In this document: piece by piece, positions 24,251 to 32,355 of the stretch
Layout: every line of letters starts with the position of its first letter
How positions within the stretch are numbered: the stretch's first letter is position 1
IMG/VR virus record: IMGVR_UViG_3300037883_000032
Span: 1-53,069 of that record
Source of the DNA: a virus
Lineage: Duplodnaviria > Caudoviricetes
Reading direction: 5' to 3' (one strand)
Length of the DNA: 53,069 nt
Position numbers and translations under genes: made by a program
Notes under the pieces: generated by a model
Told to the model about the DNA's origin: nothing
What the model saw: only the letters and a program-made list of their open reading frames with translations
The model's database searches: none

Positions 24251-26452
24251 TCACCCGTCCCCGTTGCGGCCGTGAGGGTGAATGGCACGCGCGAGCCTGC
24301 GGATATTGACCCTGCTCTCGGCACGGTACTGCTCGCCCGCGTCCACATACTCGGGGTCATCGGGCCTGCGGCGTGGGATGCGAGCGCCGGCGCGCGCGGC
24401 CTCGCGGATCGCGACCTGCACGATCTCGACGAGCGTCGGGTCGGCCTCGCGCATCTGCCCGCCGCCGCCGGAGTCCCGGCGAATGTTCGCCTTGCCGGCC
24501 TGCGTCATGACGTTCTCGTCGCCCGGGATGCCCGAGCGGCCGGGTGCGCGTGGGCCTGGCGGCGTACCCGGTGCACCACCGCCCGCTTCCGCGCCTGGGG
24601 GTGCGGCTTCGCCCGGACCGGGCATCAGCAGGCCTGGCGGCTGGTCCTCGCTCGAGCCGGCCTTCGTCGGGTCGAGCTTCGGCGACTGGCGGTACTGGGC
24701 GTTCACCATCGGCCGGCGGATCGTGCCGTCGCCCTGCTTCGGCTTCGTTTTCTCGATCGGTTTGCCGTCCGGGCCGAGAACCTGTGGGCCGCTGTCGTCC
24801 GGCTCGTCCTCCTGGGCGTTGGTGAACTCCTCCGCGATTTTCTTCTGCTCGTCGTCCCAGTCGAACGTCTCGATGTCGAGCTGGCGGGCGCCCATCGCGG
24901 CGGCCGTGTCCTTCGAGATCCAGTCCATGCTCTCGGCGAACGCGATGTCCTTCAAGGCGGCGGAGCGTTCCTCGACGGCGATCGCGGGGAAGATGAACTC
25001 GATCTCGGCGTCCTCGCCAGTGAGGTTCGCGGCGGCGAACACGCGGCGCGCCATGTCCTGAAGGATGCGCTGCGAGAACCGCTGGCGGCGCTCGAAGCGC
25101 TTCTGGCCCGGCTCGGTCGCGACGAGCGCGCCGGCGCGCGCGGTGCTGCCGCCGTGCGCGGCGGTCCACAGCCACTGGCGGCTCACACCGGTGCCGAGGC
25201 AGCACATCTCGACCAGCTCGTCGACGCTGGTGTCGCTCGTGGCCGTCGAGCTGGTGAATTGGAATGCGTCCAGCTCCACCTGGTCGTTGTGCCCGATAAT
25301 CGAGCCAGCTTCCGGGGTCTTGCCTTGCGGGAACAGCTCGTTGCGGACGGTCGCTACGTCGCCGGCGTGACCTTTGACCATCAGGTTGAACACCATCCGG
25401 GCTTCCATGTCGGACCGGATGACCTTGCTCGTCAGGAGGTCTTGGAGGCGCTTGAGGTAGCCCAGGCTGGGGAACAGGTCTGAGCGTCCGCGGACCTCCT
25501 GGCTGCGCACGTTGAGGCGGTAGTGGTCGACCTCCTCCGGCGGGATCTGCCGGATCGTGTACCGCGTGACCGCGCCCGGGTCGGTCGGGCCGGTCGGCGC
25601 CTGGTCGCCGGCGGGCGGCGCGAATAGCTGCGAGCGCTCCTGCTCCTGCTGGTGGTAGAAGTAGACGGTCTCGCGGTCCTCCTGGTCGGTCACGATCTCG
25701 TAGATCCCGGCCGGGTCGAGCGACCGGACGACGAGCGGGCAGCCGTACTCGGGGTCGGGCGGCACGTCGAAGTAGCGCAGGAACAGCTCGCCGTAGCTGA
25801 ACGCGTCGCCGAGGATTTCCTCGAGGCGCTCGTCCATCTTGTTGCGTTTCGCGAACGCGTCCCACACCTTCTGGCCCGCCTCGGTTTTCGCGACGGCTTG
25901 CACGCCCCGGCCGATCACGAACTCCGTGGCGATTTCGATCGCGCGGTGAGCGATCGGGTTGTGGTGGAACGCCTCGAACGCCTTCGCGTTCTGCGCGAAG
26001 TAGTCAGCCCAGTAGAGCTGCCGCGTCGCGGGGCCGGGGATCAACGGAATGTAGGGGCTGGTGACACCACCGCCGAACGGGAGGGTGGTATTGACGCCGT
26101 AGCTCCACCAGTCGAGCGGTTCGGCCTCGCGGAACTTGACCTTGTGCAGCTCGCCGTAGTGCAAGCCCGCGAGCTTCGGCTCAGCCTCGCGCAGGCGCCT
26201 CACGGTCGCCTGGATCGCGCGGCGGTCGTCGTAGCGCTTGATGCGATGCTCCACGAGACGACCCTCACGGAAGCGGCCCTCCCAGAAGCGGCCGGAGAGC
26301 TGCCAGTCGCCCGTCGGCGCAGCGTCCGGGCAGGGCGGCAGTTCCTTCGCGATGTCGTACTGGTACTGGTCCGCCGGTGGCCTGACGAGGAAAGCGTGCG
26401 CGCGGCCGGGGTCGCGGTCGCGGCGCGGCTGGCTCGGGCTTCTACCTGGCAT
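24251..26452 (-). CDS. Portal protein with N- and C-terminal extensions
   Basis: NP.A.R.IE...FV.GRG, YGELFLR, RGRSDL...L, KRFERRQ; position between terL and MuF. Confidence 0.88.
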   Translation of the reverse strand: MPGRSPSQPRRDRDPGRAHAFLVRPPADQYQYDIAKELPPCPDAAPTGDWQLSGRFWEGRFREGRLVEHRIKRYDDRRAIQATVRRLREAEPKLAGLHYGELHKVKFREAEPLDWWSYGVNTTLPFGGGVTSPYIPLIPGPATRQLYWADYFAQNAKAFEAFHHNPIAHRAIEIATEFVIGRGVQAVAKTEAGQKVWDAFAKRNKMDERLEEILGDAFSYGELFLRYFDVPPDPEYGCPLVVRSLDPAGIYEIVTDQEDRETVYFYHQQEQERSQLFAPPAGDQAPTGPTDPGAVTRYTIRQIPPEEVDHYRLNVRSQEVRGRSDLFPSLGYLKRLQDLLTSKVIRSDMEARMVFNLMVKGHAGDVATVRNELFPQGKTPEAGSIIGHNDQVELDAFQFTSSTATSDTSVDELVEMCCLGTGVSRQWLWTAAHGGSTARAGALVATEPGQKRFERRQRFSQRILQDMARRVFAAANLTGEDAEIEFIFPAIAVEERSAALKDIAFAESMDWISKDTAAAMGARQLDIETFDWDDEQKKIAEEFTNAQEDEPDDSGPQVLGPDGKPIEKTKPKQGDGTIRRPMVNAQYRQSPKLDPTKAGSSEDQPPGLLMPGPGEAAPPGAEAGGGAPGTPPGPRAPGRSGIPGDENVMTQAGKANIRRDSGGGGQMREADPTLVEIVQVAIREAARAGARIPRRRPDDPEYVDAGEQYRAESRVNIRRLARAIHPHGRNGDG

Positions 26453-27164
26453 CGACGGGCTGCATCGTAGACCCCCCCTCGGCAGGTAGCCCCAGCAGGC
26501 GCTCCAGGCGGTCGAAGACGTGCGGCGGGCACGCCGGGTCGCTCTGCACCCGCTGCCATAGCAGGATCAGGTAGTCGCGGCCCAGCTCGGGCAGCCGGCC
26601 GCCCATGCGCTGCTCGAGCGCGTCGATCTCCGCGATTGCCTGCTGCGTGTCGGGTGACGGCTCCGGGACGCGGTGCGCGCTGCGCCGCTTCTGTTTGCGT
26701 AGGGCCTCCGCGCGGCACTCCGGGCTGTGGTAGCTCGAGCGGGAATGCTCGGGCACGAACTCCTCCTCGCACCCCTCGAGCGCGCATTCGCGGGTGACGG
26801 GCTTGCCGCCGCGTGCCGCTTCCTCGCGCTCCTTCCGCTTGCGGCGCTTGCGCTTATCGGTGATGCGCCGCTGCCCGCGCACGGCCTCGTCGCGACACTC
26901 AGCGCTGTGGTACGCCTGCGCCGGCGCGGAGGGCAGGAAGATCTCGCTGCACCCGTCCCGCCGGCATTCCTTCTCGCGTGGCACCCACCCCGGGTATTGC
27001 GGCGTCTCCTCCTCCTGCGCGAGCTGCTTCTTCGTACGGCGGCGCTGCGGCTCCTGGTGGCGAACACGAACCGTGGTGTCATGGCCGGGACGCCTCGCGC
27101 TCGCTCCCAGCTCCGCGATCTTCCTATCCATCTCCGCGGCAGCCGCGCCCGTCGGTCGCGGCAT
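26442..27164 (-). CDS. Basic protein with two tandem C-x4-C...YHS.EC zinc fingers
   Basis: ECRRDGCSEIFLP...YHSAECR and ECALEGCEEEFVP...YHSPECR; TGATG start. Confidence 0.7.
   Translation of the reverse strand: MPRPTGAAAAEMDRKIAELGASARRPGHDTTVRVRHQEPQRRRTKKQLAQEEETPQYPGWVPREKECRRDGCSEIFLPSAPAQAYHSAECRDEAVRGQRRITDKRKRRKRKEREEAARGGKPVTRECALEGCEEEFVPEHSRSSYHSPECRAEALRKQKRRSAHRVPEPSPDTQQAIAEIDALEQRMGGRLPELGRDYLILLWQRVQSDPACPPHVFDRLERLLGLPAEGGSTMQPVDAR
26464..26475 (-). promoter_or_regulatory. GGGGTCTACGAT motif copy 4
   Basis: 11 nt upstream of the portal ATG. Confidence 0.6.
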
Positions 27165-27505
27165 CAATGGCCCCTGCGTCGGCGCATCTTCTCGCGGCAG
27201 CAGCGGCGACATTCGCGGGCGCCGTCAGCACGCCAACGCGTATTCTCCTCGTCGTAAGGATGACCGGCCGGGCAGTGCGTCTTGCCGCGCTGGTGGCGCG
27301 CTGCGCCGTTCCCACCGTCAAAGGCCTGGTGGCATGGCCGGCACAGCTCGAACCAATCGTGCCGCCAACGACTGTAGCTGTGACCCACGCTCGCGTATTC
27401 CGTCGGGCGGTCGCCGTGCGCGCAGAACTCACAGCGACCCGTGCGTGGAAAGTCCGCGTTCAGCCGTTTGTGAAGCCTGCTGACGCTCGGCACGGATGGC
27501 GACAA
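27164..27505 (-). mobile_element. HNH-like homing endonuclease, paralogue of 10471-10842 (start uncertain)
   Basis: LHKRL...CEFC...EYA...DWFELCRPCH...KTHCPAGHPYDEENT...CRRC. Confidence 0.7.
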
Positions 27506-27644
27506 TAGTCAGATGACCGGCGGAAACGGTAAGCTGCGCGGGCTGCGTGAAGTCGAACGCGGGGACCTGCATGGTCTGCCCACCGCCCTGTGCGCGAGAG
27601 CGACCTTCGGGAAGGGCCTTACGGTGGGACCTCCTTTCGCACAT

Positions 27645-27680
27645 ACGCCCCGGCGCCAGAAGCACAACACCGGGGCGTTT
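27645..27680. terminator. Strong hairpin after groES (possible terminator)
   Basis: ACGCCCCGG (27645-53) pairs with CCGGGGCGT (27670-78), extendable with G-U pairs on the minus strand. Confidence 0.4.
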
Positions 27681-27692
27681 GTGTGCTCGAGG

Positions 27693-28145
27693 TCAGTGAA
27701 CCTGCGCGGCCTCCCGGCCAGGCGCCGGCTCAACCGCTGACTCGTCCGGCTCCTCCTCGTGTGACGCGTCGTCGTGCGTCTCGACGCGCTGGAGGTGAGA
27801 GACGCTGCCGCCCTCCTCGCCGTCGCCTTCGACGACCCTGCCGAAGATGTCAGCCTCGCGCAGCAGGACGATCTCGACCAGGTCGACCTTTAGCTCGGTC
27901 CCGCCGTATTTGCTGTATAGGACCTCGTCGCCGACCTCGAGCGGCTGGTAGCCGTGGGTGATCTTGAGACGCTCGCGTTCCTGCGCGGCCTCGACACCGA
28001 CCATCGGTCCCATCGCGATGATCCTGCCGCGGTGCGGCTTCTCGCGGGCCTGCTCGGGCAGGATGATCCCGGACTTCGTGACCAGCTCGTCGCTGATCGG
28101 CTCGACGACTACGCGGTCGCCCATCGGTTCTAGCGTGGCGCTCAT
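27693..28145 (-). CDS. groES: Co-chaperonin GroES (Cpn10) with acidic C-terminal tail
   Basis: LEPMGDRVVVEP...TKSGIILPEQAREKP.RG.IIAMGP...LEVGDEVLYSKYGGTELKVD...LLREADI. Confidence 0.93.
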   Translation of the reverse strand: MSATLEPMGDRVVVEPISDELVTKSGIILPEQAREKPHRGRIIAMGPMVGVEAAQERERLKITHGYQPLEVGDEVLYSKYGGTELKVDLVEIVLLREADIFGRVVEGDGEEGGSVSHLQRVETHDDASHEEEPDESAVEPAPGREAAQVH

Positions 28146-28201
28146 GTGTGAGCCTCCCCGTTCGTGTTTAGAGCGGGCGATGCTATCGGACGAGCCGGGT
28201 C

Positions 28202-28312
28202 TCAGTAGCGGCGCGTGTTGCGCCGGCGGTTGCGCTTCAGGTAGCGCGCGAGCAACTCCACGCCGCCGGCGTACAGCACGATGCAGAGGAGGATGATCGC
28301 AGCGACGGTCAT
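28202..28312 (-). CDS. Small membrane protein (36 aa)
   Basis: MTVAAIILLCIVLYAGGVELLARYLKRNRRRNTRRY: TM plus basic tail. Confidence 0.5.
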   Translation of the reverse strand: MTVAAIILLCIVLYAGGVELLARYLKRNRRRNTRRY

Positions 28313-28316
28313 GGGT

Positions 28317-28415
28317 CTAGGACAGACTGAGGGAGCGGCCGGACGGATGGCGAAGGGCCGCTCCCTCAACTCGCATCGGCGCGCCCCGGGGGGACCGTGA
28401 GCGCGCGTGTCCTAA
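28317..28415. ncRNA. Candidate structured RNA (three-way junction)
   Basis: Closing stem, 13-bp perfect hairpin (28328-40/28356-68) and a second GC hairpin fill the intergenic gap. Confidence 0.3.
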
Positions 28416-28425
28416 CCCTCTCGGG

Positions 28426-28788
28426 TCAGCCCTTGGCGGCTTCCTCAGCCGCCGTGAGATGTGTTGCCGCTTCGCCGAGATGCCCGGCGATCGCGGACGC
28501 TTCGCCCTGCAAGGCGGTGATCTCGGCGTCCGTGAGCGGCTGGCCCGCACGGAGACCTTCGATCACTTTCTGGAGGTCGGCGAACTTCGTGCCGGCGGTC
28601 GCGACGACACCTTCGAGGGTGCCCTCCTCGGTGGCGAGGGTGGCGATCTCGTTCTTCAGTTCTTCAGCGGTTTTGTCCATGCTTCCGACCTTTCGTGAGA
28701 GGGTGTTCAGCACCCGGGTGACCGGCGACAGCCGTGCGTCAAGCAGATCGCCGATCGCCTCGAGGTCCTCCTGGTCCAGGGTTGCCAT
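28426..28788 (-). CDS. Hypothetical coiled-coil protein
   Basis: 120 aa; TAGGGT 8 nt upstream of ATG. Confidence 0.65.
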   Translation of the reverse strand: MATLDQEDLEAIGDLLDARLSPVTRVLNTLSRKVGSMDKTAEELKNEIATLATEEGTLEGVVATAGTKFADLQKVIEGLRAGQPLTDAEITALQGEASAIAGHLGEAATHLTAAEEAAKG

Positions 28789-28839
28789 TCCCCGGCACCC
28801 TACCGGCCGCCGGCGAGCGCAACCGGCGGGTTTCTGTCG

Positions 28840-29076
28840 CTAATTGCGACTTCCGGTGATGGACAGCCGAGAGCAGTCGCACTCCAGCGACGGCATGCGG
28901 TCGTCGATCTCCAGCGTCACGCGCAGGCTGCGCGGACGCACGTCGTACGCGAGCACCTTGGCAAGCACCGGCTCATCGCGACCCTCGAGCGCGACCGGTA
29001 GCCGGTCGGGTAGCTCGATGTCGTCAGCGAACCGGTTAAACGGCCCGGACGGGATTTCGAGGCTGATGACGGACAC
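28840..29076 (-). CDS. Hypothetical protein
   Basis: 78 aa; TAGAAT 7 nt upstream of GTG. Confidence 0.5.
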   Translation of the reverse strand: MSVISLEIPSGPFNRFADDIELPDRLPVALEGRDEPVLAKVLAYDVRPRSLRVTLEIDDRMPSLECDCSRLSITGSRN

Positions 29077-29127
29077 GGCCCATATTCTAGGGCGCGCCAG
29101 GCGGAAAAGTGTCGCACGCTGCGAAGG

Positions 29128-29223
29128 TGCGCACGACGGGAATCGAACCCGCGACCGCCGGCTTGAAAGACCGGAACTCTTTGCTCACCCGAGAGTGAAC
29201 GTTGACCACTGAGCTACGTGCGC
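29128..29223 (-). tRNA. tRNA-Glu(UUC) with a hairpin insertion in the D-loop; CCA not encoded
   Basis: 7-bp acceptor GCGCACG/CGTGCGC, D-stem GCTC/GAGT, anticodon arm CCGGT-CTTTCAA-GCCGG, T arm GCGGG-TTCGATT-CCCGT; TAGGAT 6 nt upstream. Confidence 0.85.
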
Positions 29224-29326
29224 CCGGTCATCCTACAACGACAACGAGCGTCCCGAAGGACGCCCGTGTGCCGTGGTGGCAGCGGCCCTTCAAGCCGCCG
29301 CAGTCTAGCGTGCCGGCCCGGCGCTC

Positions 29327-29413
29327 TCAGCGCCGAGCCGTGCGCGGTTCAAGGATGACCGCGGCCACAATGACCACGGCAAGAGCAACCCCCAAGATCA
29401 GTATGTATCGCAT
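29327..29413 (-). CDS. Small membrane peptide (28 aa), leaderless
   Basis: MRYILILGVALAVVIVAAVILEPRTARR; TACGCT 6 nt upstream. Confidence 0.5.
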   Translation of the reverse strand: MRYILILGVALAVVIVAAVILEPRTARR

Positions 29414-29433
29414 CGGCAGAGCGTAGCCGAGCG

Positions 29434-29736
29434 CTACGACAGCTTGATGTTGTGCTGGCGGACGGTGACGACCATGCCCTCGATCGTCTTCTCCGGGAAC
29501 GCGAGCGTCACCCGGCCGCGGGCCTGCGCGATGACCTGGCCGTCAGCGTCGGTCAGCACGACACCGACTTCCTCGCCCTGGTCGAGCTGCGGCAGGCCTT
29601 CCGAGGCGTCCATCGTCTCGAGTGCACCCGAGACTTTGATCGAGGACACCAGCGGACGTGCGACCTCACCGCGGTCGCCCCACGGGGGGGGGCCGCCCTT
29701 GTACGCGTCGAAGCTGAGCTGGCCTACTCGCTGCAT
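29434..29736 (-). CDS. Hypothetical protein
   Basis: 100 aa, GGGGAGG SD. Confidence 0.6.
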   Translation of the reverse strand: MQRVGQLSFDAYKGGPPPWGDRGEVARPLVSSIKVSGALETMDASEGLPQLDQGEEVGVVLTDADGQVIAQARGRVTLAFPEKTIEGMVVTVRQHNIKLS

Positions 29737-29801
29737 GGAGTGCCTCCCCTGGTGGTGGTTTCGCGGGGACGCTACGCGCGAGCGCGGACGGCCAGGTTGC
29801 G

Positions 29802-31262
29802 CTACCCGAATTCGCTCTTGCTGTATTTCCGGCCGCCCGTCGCGCTGCCCTTCGGCTTGCCCGTCTTCGCCCCAGCCGGGCTGCCCAGCACCGGGAACTG
29901 GTTGATGAGGAGGTACCCGAGCGTGTCGAGCGGATGCTCGTAGTAGCCGTCCTTCTCGTACGTCTCCTGGAGGATCGGCTCGTTCCCGCTGCTGCCCATC
30001 GGCGGGCCAACCTTCTTCCACTGGGCTTGCTCGAGCGCCTCGATCAGGAACTCGCACGAGCTGTGAATGTGAAGACGGTCGTCCTTCAGGAGCTGCTTGA
30101 TGAGCGTCACACGGTCCTTCGGTGCGACTTCCTCGGCGAGCACCCGGATCCCGAACTGTTCGACGGTGAAATGATCGGACTGTGTCGCGACGCTCGTCTG
30201 TGCCTTGCCGGCCGGGTCGCAGCCCGCCGGCGCGTCCTGGGTCTTTACGCCGAGGTCGAGGTCCATCACGACGACCTGCTCCATCATGTCTTTCGTCGTC
30301 GTCTTCTCGGCGTGCAGTTCGGCGTACACGAACACGTGGCGGCGCTGCTCGATCGACGCCCACAGGTGAACGCCGTGGTGGTAGCCGAAGTCGATGCCGC
30401 GCACTTGCGGCCAGTTCGCGTTCGGGTCTCTGGTCGCGTTCGTGACGTGCCGTTTGCGGTCGAACTCCTCGCGGAACACGCTCGCACCCGGGAGCTGGAA
30501 AGCGTCGAGCCACTCGGCGGGATACTCCTGGAGCAGGTCACGCTCGGTCGCCATTTCTTCGCGCTTGCGCTGATACCAGATCTCGTCGCGGTCGGGGTGC
30601 GCGTCCCACGGGATGAACACCGGGAAGAACCGGCTGGTGCCACTGATCGCGCGGCGCCATTCCGCGGCGTACGGGTTGTGAAACCCGACGGCAGTCGACA
30701 CCCCGATGAGCCTCCCGCCGGCGCTCAAGGTCGGCAGCAGGCTCGTCAGGATCTTCTGAACGCCGCGGATCTTCGCCCACTCATCGACGAGCACGAGCTG
30801 CGCCGTCGCGCCGGACCCGGCGAATTCGGTCGCGGCGAGGCTCCAGATCTTGCCGCCGTTCGCGAACTCGAGTTTGTCGACCACGTCCTTCGTCTTGACC
30901 GGGCGCAGCTCGTGCGGGAGCCGTTTGTGCATGAACCGCACGCGATCGAGCAGCTCGACGGCCTCGCGAAGGCCACGGTTGAGGATCAGCGCGGTCATGC
31001 CCAGATTGCAGCTCGTGTGCCACAGCATGTACGCGAGCGCCAGCCAGGACAGGCCGAGCTGGCGGGCCTTCAGGAAGATGATGCGGTCGTGGTCCTCGAT
31101 GTCGTGCAGCGCGTCGACCTGGAAATCCCAGAGGTCGAACGGGATGGGTGGGCCGCCCTCGCCGTCTTCGATCTGGCAGTGCGGGATGAAGTGCTCCGGG
31201 AGCAGCCGGGCCTTCGCGATCTGCCGCGGGGTGAGCGGCCGTTTAGCTCCCGGCGGCAGCAC
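29802..31262 (-). CDS. terL: Terminase large subunit
   Basis: LWDFQ, KARQLGLS (Walker A), LVLVDEWA (Walker B), VSTA, QEYP, GIDFG nuclease motif, HPLDTLGY; start could be 31262 or 31310. Confidence 0.93.
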   Translation of the reverse strand: MLPPGAKRPLTPRQIAKARLLPEHFIPHCQIEDGEGGPPIPFDLWDFQVDALHDIEDHDRIIFLKARQLGLSWLALAYMLWHTSCNLGMTALILNRGLREAVELLDRVRFMHKRLPHELRPVKTKDVVDKLEFANGGKIWSLAATEFAGSGATAQLVLVDEWAKIRGVQKILTSLLPTLSAGGRLIGVSTAVGFHNPYAAEWRRAISGTSRFFPVFIPWDAHPDRDEIWYQRKREEMATERDLLQEYPAEWLDAFQLPGASVFREEFDRKRHVTNATRDPNANWPQVRGIDFGYHHGVHLWASIEQRRHVFVYAELHAEKTTTKDMMEQVVVMDLDLGVKTQDAPAGCDPAGKAQTSVATQSDHFTVEQFGIRVLAEEVAPKDRVTLIKQLLKDDRLHIHSSCEFLIEALEQAQWKKVGPPMGSSGNEPILQETYEKDGYYEHPLDTLGYLLINQFPVLGSPAGAKTGKPKGSATGGRKYSKSEFG

Positions 31263-32067
31263 CCGCCCGCTCCAGCGCCCACGCGAGCGGCGGGCGTTTC
31301 TCCGTCGCACCGCCGAGCTGCGGCTGCCGGTCTTCCTGGCGGGCGCGCTCGAGCACGGTCTCGAGGACTTCGTCGCAGCGCTTCGCGAGGTCCCGTAGCG
31401 GCCAGTGGCGGTGTTCGTGCACGCCGAGGTTCGCCTGCGCCATGCGGCTCACTCCGACCGCTAGGAACGCGTCGATCGTGAGTGCCGGCTCGATCGCCCA
31501 CCGTGACTCGAACGGCAGGTGGACCGCTAGCTCGCGTGTCATGGCGGTCTCGCCGGCGAGCGGCTGCTCGAGCCATGCCAGCTCGGGGAAGTACGCGCGC
31601 ATGATGGGACGCCCGAACAGGTGGTTGAGCCGGCCGCCGCCGTCGGGGTCGCCGCCGAGGGGACGCTTGTAGTAGCCCTTCACGAAATCCGCGTCGCCCT
31701 TCAGGATCGGCTCGCACATCGCGAACACGTAATGCCGCTGGATCGATCGGCTGTCAGCGTCGAGGAACAGGACGATGTCGCCAGTGAGAACGGATAGGGC
31801 GCGCCACATCGCGTCGCCCTTCCCGAGTACCGGTCCCATGCTCGGCATCAGGGTGCTCTGCCGGTGAACCTCGGCGCCTTGGCTCGCCGCGATGTCGGCC
31901 GTCCAGTCGGTTGACTCGTCGACGACGACGACCTGGTGAATGTAGCCGTCCTCGCGCATCTTGATGAGCGGCGCGAGGGCCGCTCCGATCGTGGACTCCT
32001 CGTCGACGGCGGGGAAGCACACGCTGATCGTTTTGCCGCTGGTGAGAAACTCCTCGTGTCGTTGCAT
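31243..32067 (-). CDS. Glucosyl-3-phosphoglycerate synthase-like glycosyltransferase (GT81-like)
   Basis: ISV..PA.DEE.TIG, GKGDAMWRAL, LFLDAD, FVKGYY.RP, GGGRL, FPEL..L.QPLAGE, H.H..L..L. Confidence 0.85.
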   Translation of the reverse strand: MQRHEEFLTSGKTISVCFPAVDEESTIGAALAPLIKMREDGYIHQVVVVDESTDWTADIAASQGAEVHRQSTLMPSMGPVLGKGDAMWRALSVLTGDIVLFLDADSRSIQRHYVFAMCEPILKGDADFVKGYYKRPLGGDPDGGGRLNHLFGRPIMRAYFPELAWLEQPLAGETAMTRELAVHLPFESRWAIEPALTIDAFLAVGVSRMAQANLGVHEHRHWPLRDLAKRCDEVLETVLERARQEDRQPQLGGATEKRPPLAWALERAGAAAGS

Positions 32068-32097
32068 GGCGCGGCAGGCTACCCGTATGCCCGGCGG

Positions 32098-32355
32098 TCA
32101 GGCGTCGCGCCAGCCGTGCATGGTGACCGTCTTGCCGAACCCTGCGTCGATCTCCCTGGTGAACGGCACCTGGCGACGAGGGACGCGCCCGCGCTGGTCG
32201 AGCGTGCCGCCGGCGAGCACGTGAGCGACGCTCGCCTCGAACTCCTCGATCGTGAGGCTGCCGTCGACGAACGCGGCGCGCGCCATCCCCAGGTGGAAGC
32301 TCTCGCGTGACGGTGGCGATTCGGCCTTGCGCCGGCGCGGCGGAGCGTGGCCCAT
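32098..32355 (-). CDS. Hypothetical protein
   Basis: 85 aa, TGATG coupling. Confidence 0.5.
   Translation of the reverse strand: MGHAPPRRRKAESPPSRESFHLGMARAAFVDGSLTIEEFEASVAHVLAGGTLDQRGRVPRRQVPFTREIDAGFGKTVTMHGWRDA

Noticed and set aside
29128-29160. tRNA 3' end as a prophage attachment site
   Set aside because: No duplicate 3' fragment, no integrase, and phage genes continue on both sides
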